Assembly (NCBI GenBank): GCA_965221125.1
Contig: CBDCRW010000005.1
Span: 480,001 to 544,000, forward strand
Direction: 5' to 3'
DNA from: Alphaproteobacteria bacterium
Lineage (GTDB): Bacteria > Pseudomonadota > Alphaproteobacteria > UBA828
DNA: 64,000 bases
Positions 49,821 to 59,882 of the stretch are shown here, piece by piece (within the stretch, counting starts at the first letter, position 1; the number at the start of each line of letters is the position of its first letter). Under the pieces are notes generated by a model. The model had not been told where the DNA came from and made no database searches. It was given only the letters and a program-made list of their open reading frames with translations. A program made the position numbers and the translations under genes.

Positions 49821-51857
49821 ATGAGCGAGAACCTGCTCGGCGCGGAAACCAGCCCCTATCTCATCCAGCACGCCGACAACCCCGTGCACTGGCGCCCCTG
49901 GGGGCCGGAGGCGCTGGCCGAGGCGAAGGAGGTCGACAAGCCGATCCTGCTCTCGGTCGGCTATTCCGCCTGCCACTGGTGCCACGTCATGGCGCACGAG
50001 AGCTTCGAGGACGACGAGACGGCGCAGCTGATGAACCGCCTCTTCGTTAACATCAAGGTGGACCGCGAGGAGCGCCCCGACCTCGACACCATCTACCAGC
50101 GCGCGCTCGCGCTCATGGGCCAGCAGGGGGGCTGGCCGCTCACCATGTTCCTCACGCCCGACGCCGAGCCCTTCTGGGGCGGCACCTACTTCCCGCTGGA
50201 GCCCCGCTTCGGCCGCCCCGGCTTCAAGGACGTGCTCCGCCTGATCGAGCAGACCTACCGCGGCGACCGCGAGAAAGTGGACAAAAACAGAACGGCGCTA
50301 GTTGAAGCGCTCCAGGGACTCGCCCGCAGCAAGCCCGGCGAGGCCATCGACGCGGCACAAATCGAGAACATGGCGCGCGCCTTGCTGCGCGAGGTCGACG
50401 GACGCCACGGCGGCATCGGCGGCGCGCCGAAGTTTCCGCAATGTTCCATGCTGGAGCTGCTCTGGCGCAGTTATCTCCGCTCCGAGTCGCAATTGATGAA
50501 AACCGCCGTCCTGCTCAGCATGGAGCGCATATGCCAGGGCGGCATCTACGACCACCTTGGCGGCGGCTTCGCCCGCTATTCCACCGACGAGCGCTGGCTC
50601 GCGCCCCACTTCGAGAAGATGCTCTACGACAACGCCCAGCTTCTCGACCTGCTCTGTCACGTCTGGCAGGAGACGGGCGAGCCGCTCTTCGCCGCCCGCG
50701 CGGCCGAGACCGTGGCCTGGGTGCTGCGCGAGATGCGCACGGGCGAGGGCGCGTTCGCGAGCGCGCTCGACGCCGATTCCGAGGGCGAGGAGGGCAAGTT
50801 CTACGTCTGGGACGAGGCCGAGATCGACGAGGTGCTGGGCGCGGACGCGGCCGACTTCAAGGCTGTCTACGACGTGACGCCGGGCGGCAACTGGGAGGGC
50901 AGGACGATCCTCAACCGGCTGCTCCCGCCCGGCACCGAGGACGCGCCGGACGAGGCCCGCCTCGCGACGCTCCGCGCGCCCCTGCTGGCGCGGCGCGCGG
51001 TCCGCGAGCGCCCCGGCTGGGACGACAAGGTGCTGGCCGACTGGAACGGCCTGATGATCGCGGCGCTCGCCAACGCCGCCATGGTATTCGGCGCGGACGC
51101 TTGGCTCGATGCGGCGGCCCAAGCCTTCGACTACGTCGCAGGCCCCATGGCGGCGGGCGAACGGCTCCGCCACGCGGCCCGCCACGGCCGCTCGAAGGAC
51201 GTGGAGTTCCTGGACGACTATGCGGAGATGGCCCGCGCCGCGCTGACGCTGGCGGAGGCGACGGGCGAGGGCGCTTACGTGGAACGCGCGCGCGGCTGGG
51301 TCGCGGTCCTCGACGCCCACTACTGGGACGCGGCCGAGGGCGGCTACTTCTACGCGCCGGACGACGGCGAGACCGCCATCAGCCGCACCAAGACCGCCCA
51401 CGACGCGGCGACGCCCGCCGGCAACGGCACCATGGTGGGCGTGCTCGCCCGCCTCCACCATCTCACCGGCGAGGCCGCCTACCGCGACCGGGCCGAGGCG
51501 CTGGAGAAGGCGTTCTCCGGCGAGCTGGAGCGCAACTTCTCGCCGCTCGCGACGCTCGCCAACAACAGCGAGGTGCTGCGCCGCGCGGTGCAGGTGGTGG
51601 TCTGCGGCGTGCGCGAGGACGCGGGGACGCAAGCGCTCGTCGATGCCGTCTACGCGACCAGCCTGCCCGACCGCGTGCTGACCCGGATCGCGCCCAAGGA
51701 TGCGCTGCCCTTGGGTCATCCCGCCTTCGGCAAGGGGCAGCACGAGGGCAAGGCCACGGCCTATGTCTGCGTGGGCCCGGTCTGCTCGCTGCCGGTGACC
51801 GATGCGGAGGCGCTCAAGGCCGCGCTCGCCGCCGCCCGCGCGCCGGCGGAAGGCTGA
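49821..51857 (+). CDS. Thioredoxin-domain protein, YyaL/DUF255 (SPATA20-like)
   Basis: [41 protein letters not shown]. Confidence 0.93.
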   Translation: MSENLLGAETSPYLIQHADNPVHWRPWGPEALAEAKEVDKPILLSVGYSACHWCHVMAHESFEDDETAQLMNRLFVNIKVDREERPDLDTIYQRALALMGQQGGWPLTMFLTPDAEPFWGGTYFPLEPRFGRPGFKDVLRLIEQTYRGDREKVDKNRTALVEALQGLARSKPGEAIDAAQIENMARALLREVDGRHGGIGGAPKFPQCSMLELLWRSYLRSESQLMKTAVLLSMERICQGGIYDHLGGGFARYSTDERWLAPHFEKMLYDNAQLLDLLCHVWQETGEPLFAARAAETVAWVLREMRTGEGAFASALDADSEGEEGKFYVWDEAEIDEVLGADAADFKAVYDVTPGGNWEGRTILNRLLPPGTEDAPDEARLATLRAPLLARRAVRERPGWDDKVLADWNGLMIAALANAAMVFGADAWLDAAAQAFDYVAGPMAAGERLRHAARHGRSKDVEFLDDYAEMARAALTLAEATGEGAYVERARGWVAVLDAHYWDAAEGGYFYAPDDGETAISRTKTAHDAATPAGNGTMVGVLARLHHLTGEAAYRDRAEALEKAFSGELERNFSPLATLANNSEVLRRAVQVVVCGVREDAGTQALVDAVYATSLPDRVLTRIAPKDALPLGHPAFGKGQHEGKATAYVCVGPVCSLPVTDAEALKAALAAARAPAEG

Positions 51858-51862
51858 GGCCG

Positions 51863-52336
51863 ATGGCCGCCGCCCGCTGCACCATCGAGAGCCCCGTCGG
51901 CCCGCTCACAATCACCGCCACCGACGAGGTGATCACCCAAGTCGATTTTGGCGCTGGCGGCGGCGCCCGTCCCAACGCGGGCGTGCTGGCGGAGGCCGCG
52001 CGCCAGCTCACGGAGTATTTCGCCGGCGAGCGCCGCGAGTTCGCGTTGCCGCTTGCGCCCTCCGGCACGCCCTTTCGCCTCCGGGTGTGGGCGGCGATGC
52101 AGGCCATTCCCTACGGCCAGACGCGGAGCTACGGCGACCTCGCCCGTGCGCTCGACAGCGCGCCCCGCGCCATCGGCGGCGCCTGCGGGGCCAACCCCAT
52201 CCCCCTCGTCATCCCGTGCCACCGGGTCGTGGGCGCAGGCGGGGCGCTCGGCGGGTTCTCCGGCGGCGCCGGCTGTGATACCAAGCGCCAGCTTCTCGCG
52301 CTGGAACGCGCGCTTCCGCCGGCGGCTCCGGCCTGA
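51863..52336 (+). CDS. ogt: Methylated-DNA-protein-cysteine methyltransferase
   Basis: GTPF, IPYG, NPIPLVIPCHRVV. Confidence 0.93.
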   Translation: MAAARCTIESPVGPLTITATDEVITQVDFGAGGGARPNAGVLAEAARQLTEYFAGERREFALPLAPSGTPFRLRVWAAMQAIPYGQTRSYGDLARALDSAPRAIGGACGANPIPLVIPCHRVVGAGGALGGFSGGAGCDTKRQLLALERALPPAAPA

Positions 52337-52382
52337 GCCGGACGCGGCCGGGCGGGCACCCCCGAACAGGAAAGGGAGACAC

Positions 52383-53360
52383 ATGGTCAAGGCGGTTCGG
52401 ATGCACGAGGCCGGCGGGCCCGAGGTGCTGCACTACGAGGATGTGGCGCTGCCCGAGCCCGGCCCCGGCGAGGCGCTGGTGCGCCACGAGGCGATCGGCC
52501 TCAACTATATCGACGTCTACCACCGCACTGGCCTCTACCCGGTGCCCTCGCTTCCCTGGCCTATCGGCATGGAGGGCGCAGGCACGGTCGAGGCCGTGGG
52601 CGAGGGCGTCACCGAGGTCGCGCCCGGTGCGCGCGTCGCCTACGCCAGCCCGCCGCCGCCCGGCGCCTATTCTGAGGCCCGCGTGATGCCGGCAGGCTCG
52701 CTGGTCGAGCTGCCGGCCGACATCAGCTTCGAGCAGGGCGCGGCGATGATGCTGCAGGGCATGACGGTCGAGTACCTGATCCGCCGCACCTACCCGGTGA
52801 AGGCGGGCGAGACAGTGCTGGTGCACGCCGCCGCCGGCGGGGTCGGGCTGATCCAGTGCCAGTGGCTGAAGCACCTGGGCGCGACGGTGATCGGCACCGT
52901 GGGCTCGGAGGAGAAGGCGGAACTCGCCCGCGCCCACGGTTGCGACCACCCGGTTCAGTATCGGACCGAGGATTTCGCCGCGCGCGTGATGGAGATCACC
53001 GACGGGCAAGGCGTGCCGGTGGTCTACGATTCCATCGGCGCCGACACGCTGGAGGGCTCGCTCAACTGCCTCGCGCGGCTGGGAACGCTCGCGAGCTTCG
53101 GCAACGCGTCCGGCCCCATCACCGACTTCAACCTGGCCCGTCTTGCGCCCAAGAGCGCGTACATCACGCGGCCCACCCTCTTCGGCTACAACGCGACGCG
53201 GCCGGAGCTTGAGGAATCGGCCGGCGCGCTCTTCGACGTGGTGCGCTCGGGCGCGGTGAAGATCGAGATCCACCAGACCTACCCGCTGGCCGACGCCGCC
53301 CAGGCGCACCGCGACCTGGAGGCCCGCAAGACCACGGGCTCGACCATCCTGACCCCCTGA
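52383..53360 (+). CDS. qor: NADPH:quinone oxidoreductase
   Basis: GLNYIDVYHRTG, HAAAGGVG, YDSIG, RKTTGS. Confidence 0.92.
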   Translation: MVKAVRMHEAGGPEVLHYEDVALPEPGPGEALVRHEAIGLNYIDVYHRTGLYPVPSLPWPIGMEGAGTVEAVGEGVTEVAPGARVAYASPPPPGAYSEARVMPAGSLVELPADISFEQGAAMMLQGMTVEYLIRRTYPVKAGETVLVHAAAGGVGLIQCQWLKHLGATVIGTVGSEEKAELARAHGCDHPVQYRTEDFAARVMEITDGQGVPVVYDSIGADTLEGSLNCLARLGTLASFGNASGPITDFNLARLAPKSAYITRPTLFGYNATRPELEESAGALFDVVRSGAVKIEIHQTYPLADAAQAHRDLEARKTTGSTILTP

Positions 53361-53391
53361 CCGGCGGCGGAGCGCCGCGCCGCAGCGGCCG

Positions 53392-54717
53392 GTGAGCGCG
53401 TCCGCCGACCGGGCGGAGGGCCGGGGCGCCTTCCGCGATCCCGCCTTCATGGCCAACCGGGACGCGCCGGTGCACAGGTGGGTTCCCTGGATCGCGGGGT
53501 TCTCGCGGCAGTTCGTGCAAGACGCGCTGGCCCGCCACCTGCCGGAGCCGGGAGAAGGCGTCGTGCTGGACCCTTTCGCCGGCGTCGGCACGACGCTGAT
53601 CGAGGCCGATCTCGCCGGCCACGAAGCGGTCGGTTTCGAGATCAATCCCTACGCTGCCTTTGCCGCGCGAACGAAGCTGGGCGCGCACCGGCTGGAGCCC
53701 GTGCCGCTAAGGGCGGCCATCGCTGAATTCGAGGCGTTCATGGAGGAAGCGGGGCGTAAAGGCCGCACCCCGCAATCGCAACCGCCCCATGGATTTCGGT
53801 CGCGCGCGCCGTTCTACAGCCCGGCGGTGGAGCGCAAGGTCTTGCTGGCCTTCGATTTCATGGCGACGCCGGAGGTGCCCGCCGCCAACCTCTTCCGGCT
53901 CGCCTTTGCGGCGACCATGGTGGGCTACTCCAACTACTCCTACGAGCCCAGCCTCGGCCGCAAGGCATCGGTCGGGCGGCCCGAGGTGGACGACGACGAC
54001 GTGGCCGGCGCCATCGCGGCCAAGCTCCGCCAGATGGCGGACGATGCCGCGTGGTACCGCGCCTCCCGCGCGAACCCTGCGCGCGACGACGGGCGGGTCT
54101 TCGAGCGTTCCTTCTTCGATGGCCACGACGCGCTCGACGAGGGCAGCGCGGACCTGCTCGTCACCTCGCCGCCCTACCTCAACAACTACCACTACAACCG
54201 CAACACGCGGCCGCACCTCTACTGGCTGGGGTTCTGCACCGCCCCCGGCGACCTCAAGCGGCTGGAGGCGCTCAACGTCGGCACCTACTGGCAGAACGCC
54301 CGCGACGAGGAGCGCATCGACCTCGATTCCTCCATCGAGGACGCCGAAATTGGAGAAGCAATCGACGCCGTGCGGCGGAAGAACCCCGAGAAGGGCATCT
54401 ACGGCGGCAACGGCTGGGCCAACTATGCGGCGCGCTACTTCAACGACTGCGCGCGCTTCGCGGACGGCGCGGCCTGGTGCCTCCGGCCGGGGGCGACGGC
54501 GCTGGTGGTGATCGGCAACTCCATCCTGCAAGGGGTGCCGATCCCGACCGACCGCTTCCTCGCCAGCATCGCGGAAGCGCGCGGGTTCCAAATTGCGGAC
54601 ATCCACGTTCCCCGTGAAACGCGCGTCGGCAGCAGCATCGTCGAGTCCAGCGTCCGCGCCGGCAAAGCGGCGGGCAGCACGCTCTACGAATCCGTGGTGG
54701 AGCTGCGCCGGCGCTGA
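53392..54717 (+). CDS. Orphan amino-DNA methyltransferase (SPPY, probable N4-cytosine)
   Basis: Motif I LDPFAGVGTT precedes motif IV VTSPPY by a long spacer (alpha-type order); no restriction endonuclease gene adjacent. Confidence 0.87.
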   Translation: MSASADRAEGRGAFRDPAFMANRDAPVHRWVPWIAGFSRQFVQDALARHLPEPGEGVVLDPFAGVGTTLIEADLAGHEAVGFEINPYAAFAARTKLGAHRLEPVPLRAAIAEFEAFMEEAGRKGRTPQSQPPHGFRSRAPFYSPAVERKVLLAFDFMATPEVPAANLFRLAFAATMVGYSNYSYEPSLGRKASVGRPEVDDDDVAGAIAAKLRQMADDAAWYRASRANPARDDGRVFERSFFDGHDALDEGSADLLVTSPPYLNNYHYNRNTRPHLYWLGFCTAPGDLKRLEALNVGTYWQNARDEERIDLDSSIEDAEIGEAIDAVRRKNPEKGIYGGNGWANYAARYFNDCARFADGAAWCLRPGATALVVIGNSILQGVPIPTDRFLASIAEARGFQIADIHVPRETRVGSSIVESSVRAGKAAGSTLYESVVELRRR

Positions 54718-54870
54718 GTCCGGTATGCGTCGCGGGCCGTGTTCGTTCGGTCAGCGGATGGGATCGGCGACTGCCAATCGCAGAGAAGCGATCCAGCGCC
54801 AGCGCTGGCAAGATGCGGTTAGCGGGACGGCCAAATTCTGTAGCCAGAAGGGGGGAATCTCGACCGGGTG

Positions 54871-55767
54871 TTATTGCCGCTTCACGCCGAAGGCGCCCAC
54901 GATGTCGGACTGCTCGAAGATGCCCCCCGCCTCGGCGTGGTCGGGACCGTAGAAGCCGCCCTGGATGCGCGCGCCCGACTGGCCTCGCGAGAACGTCCCG
55001 TCCGCGCCGACCTCCAGGTCGGAGAAGATAACCGCCTCGACGCTATGCGCCGTCCCGCGGTCGATGTTCTTGATGCCGCTGAACCCGGCATCGAGCACGC
55101 CGGCGGTCATGTCGTAGTTCAGAGCCGCCGTCCCGACCAGCCGGTCGCCGCGATCGTCCCCGGCGATGGGCGTTCCCACCATGATGCCGAGCCACGAGGC
55201 AGACCCGGTCAGCGGAAGATCGGTGAGATCTCCCAGGGCCACCGCGTGCAGGGTATTGCTCTGGGAGTCCTCGTCGACCGCGCGCAGACCGTTGAGCATG
55301 AACGCGCCGTGCTCCATCCAGGCACCGAGCGAGGACGCGTCAGCGCCACTCTGCTGCCCGCTTTTCGACACCAAGGTGATGCCATGCGCAGAGCCGATGG
55401 GTTCCGCATCGCCAAGCTCGACCACCGCCGTGTCGAGGCCGGCTGTCTCGGTCTCGCCGGTTATGGGGTTGAGCAGCTGGCACTCGGCCCCGGAGCATTC
55501 CGCCACCTGCCGGATCGTGAGGGTCTCGTCCGGGAGCGCGAGCTCCATGTGCACCGTGGAAACGACCAGGGAATCGGCGCGCGCGGATATGTCTTGATGG
55601 CGCGCCTGCTGCGTGGCCGCGGTCTCGACGGGCGCCGACAGGCCGGTCAGCTCCCTGATGTCGTCGGGGGTAAGAGCCGGCCTCGAATTCGAGTCGCCGC
55701 CCCCGCCACAGGCCGCGAGGGAGAGGATGGCTGCCGCCGCCAGGACGCAAGCAACATGGAATCTCAT
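54871..55767 (-). CDS. Surface lipoprotein with TbpB-like C-terminal beta-barrel
   Basis: Lipobox LAAC followed by GGGG; C-terminus GGFYGPDHAEAGGIF..VGAFG. Confidence 0.8.
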   Translation of the reverse strand: MRFHVACVLAAAAILSLAACGGGGDSNSRPALTPDDIRELTGLSAPVETAATQQARHQDISARADSLVVSTVHMELALPDETLTIRQVAECSGAECQLLNPITGETETAGLDTAVVELGDAEPIGSAHGITLVSKSGQQSGADASSLGAWMEHGAFMLNGLRAVDEDSQSNTLHAVALGDLTDLPLTGSASWLGIMVGTPIAGDDRGDRLVGTAALNYDMTAGVLDAGFSGIKNIDRGTAHSVEAVIFSDLEVGADGTFSRGQSGARIQGGFYGPDHAEAGGIFEQSDIVGAFGVKRQ

Positions 55768-56151
55768 GTCGGTATTCTCCAGACAAAGCGATCAACAAGG
55801 CGGACCGCCGCATCGACGGTCGATGTCGTGCCAGCCGACTCGGCGAGCCGCCCGCGGCATAGGCAAGAACTGCTCTAATAGCGGCTCCAACATCGGAAAG
55901 ACAATGCTGCATCGGTCGAAGCGTATGTCATCCGGGGCATGGATCGGCGCATCCCGCCGGATCGCGGCTGCGCGTGCGCGCCATCCCCGGGGAACACGCA
56001 TATCGAAGTGCGTTCGTTCACAGGGCGAAGACGATGAGGGCATCGATGGCGAATCCGTGTTCCTCCGCTCCGGCACTCTTTAGGCGAACGCTTACCGCCG
56101 GCCACAGGGGCCGGGGTTGTTGGCCCTCCCGGCAGGTGGGATAAGGGCGCC

Positions 56152-58332
56152 ATGAGCGAGCCCGCCACCACCGAGCGCCGCTACCGCACCCGCGGCGGCA
56201 TCGCCGTCCACCGCAGCGACCGCGAGACGGCGATAGGCCCCGCGGCCGCGGCCCTGGTCGAGCGGCTGGACCGCTACCCCGGCGTCTTCATGTCGTCCTG
56301 CTTCGAGTTCCCCGGCCGCTACACGCGCTGGGACTTAGGCTTCGCCGCGCCGCCGCTCGCCATCACCTGCCGCAGGCGCGAATTCGAGGTGAGCGCGCTG
56401 GATCCGCGCGGCCGGGTGCTGATCGAGCCGATCCGCGCCGCCATCGAGCCGCTCGCCGCCGTCGCCTCCCTGGAGGCGGAGGTCGATCGCCTACATGGGC
56501 AGATCCACCCGCCGACGGAGATCGTGCCCGAGGAGCAGCGCAGCCGGCAGCCCTCGATCTTCAGCCTGCTGCGCGCGGTGATCGACCTCTTCGGCAACGA
56601 CGAGGACCAGCATTTTGGGCTCTACGGCGCCTTCGGCTACGACCTCGCGCACCAGTTCGAGCCGGTGGAGCTGCGCCTGGAGCGTCCGGCCGACCAGCGC
56701 GACCTGGTGCTCTTCGTGCCGGACGAGATCCTGGTCGTCGATCACATGTCGGAGAGGGCGGTGCGGCACCGCTACGACTTCGTCACGCCCACAGGCGACA
56801 CGCGCGACATGCCCCGCGCGCCGGTGGAGGACGCCTACGCCCCCGCCAGCGCCAACCCGCCCGCCAACGACCACCAGCCGGGCGCGTACCCGGCCACCGT
56901 CGAGCGCGCCAAGGATGCCTTCCGCCGCGGCGACCTCTTCGAGGTGGTGATGAGCCAGCAGTTCAGCGAGGCCTGCGCCGACGCGCCCTCCGTCGTGTTC
57001 GACCGCCTGCGCACGCTGAATCCCGCGCCCTACTGCGCGCTGATGAACTTGGGCGCGGGCGAGTTCCTGGTCGCCGCCTCGCCGGAGATGTACGTGCGGG
57101 TCGAGGGCCGGCGCGTCGAGACCTGCCCCATCTCGGGCACCATCGCGCGCGGCCAAGATGCGCTGGGCGACGCCGCGCAGATCGCGAAGCTGCTCAACTC
57201 GGCCAAGGACGAAGCCGAGCTCACCATGTGCACCGACGTCGACCGCAACGACAAGTCGCGCATCTGCGAGCCGGGCTCGGTCCGCGTGATCGGCCGCCGC
57301 CAGGTGGAGCTCTACTCCCGCCTGATCCACACGGTCGACCACGTCGAGGGCATCCTGCGGCCCGAGTTCGATGCGCTCGACGCCTTCCTCAGCCACACCT
57401 GGGCGGTCACGGTCACCGGCGCGCCCAAGCACTGGGCGATCCGCTTCATCGAGGCGAACGAGCGCTCGGCGCGGCGCTGGTACGGCGGCGCCATCGGCCG
57501 CATCGGCTTCGACGGCGCGATGAACACCGGGCTCACGCTGCGCACCGTCCGCATGCAGGACGGCATCGCCGAGATCAGGGCCGGCGCCACCCTGCTCTAC
57601 GACAGCGATCCGGAAGCCGAGGACGCGGAGTGCCGCCTCAAGGCGTCCGCGCTGTTCGCGGCCGTGCGTGCGGAGGCGGCGCCCGCGCCGGCGCGCGCGC
57701 CCTCCGCCCGGCCGGGCGCGGCCAGGCGCGTGCTCCTGGTCGATCACGAGGATTCCTTCGTCCACACCCTCGCCAACTACCTGCGCCAGACCGGCGCCGA
57801 GGTCGAGACGCTGCGGCCCGCGCCCGCGCGCCGGATGCTGCAGGAGGCGGCGCCCGATCTCGTCGTGCTCTCGCCCGGCCCCGGCCGGCCCGGGGACTTC
57901 GGCACCGCCGAGACCATCCGGCTGGTGCTGGCGAAGGGCGTGCCGCTCTTCGGCGTCTGCCTCGGCCTCCAGGCCGTGGCCGAGTATTTCGGCGGCGAAC
58001 TGGGCCAGCTCGACGAGCCGGTTCACGGCAAGCCCTCCGAGGTCACGGTGCAGGCCAGCGCGCTCTTCCGGGGCTTGCCGCAGCGCTTCCGCGTGGGCCG
58101 CTACCACTCGCTCTACGCCCGGCGCGTGTCGCTCCCCGACGACCTGCTGGCGGTCACGGCCGAGACCGACGACGGCGTCGTCATGGCGCTGGAACACCGC
58201 GAGCGCCCCATCGCGGCCGTGCAGTTCCACCCGGAATCGATCCTCTCGCTCGACGAGGGCATCGGCATGCGGCTGATCGACAACATGGTGACGGTGCTGA
58301 CCGGAAACAGAGGCCCGGCGGTGGAAGAGTAG
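56152..58332 (+). CDS. trpE: Fused anthranilate synthase components I+II (TrpEG)
   Basis: PGRYTRWD, SPE, CPISGT, DVDRND, GAPK; GATase DHEDSF, GVCLG, QFHPES. Confidence 0.95.
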   Translation: MSEPATTERRYRTRGGIAVHRSDRETAIGPAAAALVERLDRYPGVFMSSCFEFPGRYTRWDLGFAAPPLAITCRRREFEVSALDPRGRVLIEPIRAAIEPLAAVASLEAEVDRLHGQIHPPTEIVPEEQRSRQPSIFSLLRAVIDLFGNDEDQHFGLYGAFGYDLAHQFEPVELRLERPADQRDLVLFVPDEILVVDHMSERAVRHRYDFVTPTGDTRDMPRAPVEDAYAPASANPPANDHQPGAYPATVERAKDAFRRGDLFEVVMSQQFSEACADAPSVVFDRLRTLNPAPYCALMNLGAGEFLVAASPEMYVRVEGRRVETCPISGTIARGQDALGDAAQIAKLLNSAKDEAELTMCTDVDRNDKSRICEPGSVRVIGRRQVELYSRLIHTVDHVEGILRPEFDALDAFLSHTWAVTVTGAPKHWAIRFIEANERSARRWYGGAIGRIGFDGAMNTGLTLRTVRMQDGIAEIRAGATLLYDSDPEAEDAECRLKASALFAAVRAEAAPAPARAPSARPGAARRVLLVDHEDSFVHTLANYLRQTGAEVETLRPAPARRMLQEAAPDLVVLSPGPGRPGDFGTAETIRLVLAKGVPLFGVCLGLQAVAEYFGGELGQLDEPVHGKPSEVTVQASALFRGLPQRFRVGRYHSLYARRVSLPDDLLAVTAETDDGVVMALEHRERPIAAVQFHPESILSLDEGIGMRLIDNMVTVLTGNRGPAVEE

Positions 58333-58490
58333 AGCGCGTCCGTCCATGACGGACGCGCCAGGCCGCGACAGCGGCGCGCCCGCGCAGGCGCTGGCCGATC
58401 GCGCCGATAGGCGCGCGCAAGCGCAGGCAGGCCAGCTGCCGTGAGCGACAAATGCCGAGAGCGTTTCCGTGCAAAGCGGAAACGCTCTAG
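58330..58490 (+). repeat. Palindromic miniature element, copy B
   Basis: Begins TAGAGCGCGTCCGTC-CAT-GACGGACGCGC at the trpEG stop codon and ends GAGCGTTTCCG-TGCAAAG-CGGAAACGCTCTAG. Confidence 0.85.
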
Positions 58491-58523
58491 GATCGCGGCC
58501 ACGATTCCGGGGAGGACGCAACG

Positions 58524-59828
58524 GTGGACATCGCGGCGCTGCGCGCGGCCGGCGCGCGTCATCTGATTCAGGGCGAGCTGCTCTCGGACGTGGTTGCGGC
58601 AGCGGACGGGCCGGTCTTCGTCCGCGCCGACGGCGCCGAGATCTTCGATTCCGAAGGCCAGGCCTACCTCGACTTCAACTCGGGCCAGATGTGCTCCGCC
58701 ATCGGCCACAACAACCCGCGCGTGACCCAGGCGGTGCGGGACGGGCTCGGCACGCTCACCCACGCGAGCTCGGTCTACTTCAACGCGCCCCAGCTTCGCC
58801 TTGCCGCGCGGCTCGCGGAGACCTTCGATGCGCCGCTCAGCCGCTCGCTCTTCATCCAGTCCGGCGCCGATTCCAACGAGGCGGCGGTGCTCTTCGCCCG
58901 GCGCGCGACCAGGCGGAACGGCATCGGCGCGCTGCACCTGAGCTTCCACGGCTACACCGACGTGACGCGCGGCATGAGCTTCGCCGCGACCACGGCCGGC
59001 AACGGCCCCTCCATCCCCGACGTGCACGCGATCCCGGCGCCCTACGCCTACCGCTCGCCGGTGGGCGCCGAGGGCGAGGACTGGTGGGCGCCGCTGCTCG
59101 CCATCGCCTTCGACCTGCTCGATCGCGAATGCCCGAACAATCTGGCGGCCGTCATCGCCGAGCCGCTCATCAGCGCGGGCGGCGTGATCGAGATGCCGCC
59201 GGGCTACCTCAAGGCGCTCAAGGCGGGGCTCGCGGCGCGCGGCGCGCTGCTCATCCTGGACGAGGCGCAGACCGGGCTCGGCAAGCTCGGCACCCTCTAC
59301 GCCTACCAGCAGCATGGCGTGGTGCCGGACATCATGACGCTGTCGAAGCACTTCGGCGGGGGGCTCCCCATCAGCGCCATGGTGACGACCGACGATATCG
59401 CCGCGCGCGCGCTGGAAGGCGGGCTCACCTTCGGCCATTCGCACTCCTCCGATCCCATCGCGTGCACGGCGGGCTTGGCCAGCCTCGAGGAAATCCTGGC
59501 CGAGGACCTGCCGGCGAAGGCGCGCGCCATCGGCGGCCATTGGCGCGGGCGCATGGAGGCCCTGCAGCAGCGCTTCCCCATGATCGGCGACCTGCGTGGC
59601 AAGGGCTGCCTGCAGGGGGTCGAGCTGGTGCGCGACCGGGCCACCAAGGAGCCCGCGAGCGCGGAGGCCAAGGAGATCTACCGCGACTGTCTCGCCGACG
59701 GCCTCCTCTTCTCGGTGCGCGGCCAGCACGGCAACGTGCTCCGCTTCGTGCCGCCCTTCTGCACCAGCGAGGCGCAGATCGACCGCGCCGCCGCAATCCT
59801 GGAGCGCGCGCTCGCGCGCCACGGCTGA
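58524..59828 (+). CDS. Class III PLP aminotransferase (dialkylglycine decarboxylase-like)
   Basis: DFNSGQM..IGH, AEPLISAGGVIE, DEAQTG, LSKHFGGG. Confidence 0.88.
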   Translation: MDIAALRAAGARHLIQGELLSDVVAAADGPVFVRADGAEIFDSEGQAYLDFNSGQMCSAIGHNNPRVTQAVRDGLGTLTHASSVYFNAPQLRLAARLAETFDAPLSRSLFIQSGADSNEAAVLFARRATRRNGIGALHLSFHGYTDVTRGMSFAATTAGNGPSIPDVHAIPAPYAYRSPVGAEGEDWWAPLLAIAFDLLDRECPNNLAAVIAEPLISAGGVIEMPPGYLKALKAGLAARGALLILDEAQTGLGKLGTLYAYQQHGVVPDIMTLSKHFGGGLPISAMVTTDDIAARALEGGLTFGHSHSSDPIACTAGLASLEEILAEDLPAKARAIGGHWRGRMEALQQRFPMIGDLRGKGCLQGVELVRDRATKEPASAEAKEIYRDCLADGLLFSVRGQHGNVLRFVPPFCTSEAQIDRAAAILERALARHG

Positions 59829-59882
59829 GGCGGCGATGGCTTTCATTCAATACCCGGCCCTAGGGGTCGGCAGGACACGCAC

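Noticed and set aside
55768-56151. trp attenuator leader upstream of trpEG
   Set aside because: No short ORF with tandem Trp codons and no U-tailed terminator seen.
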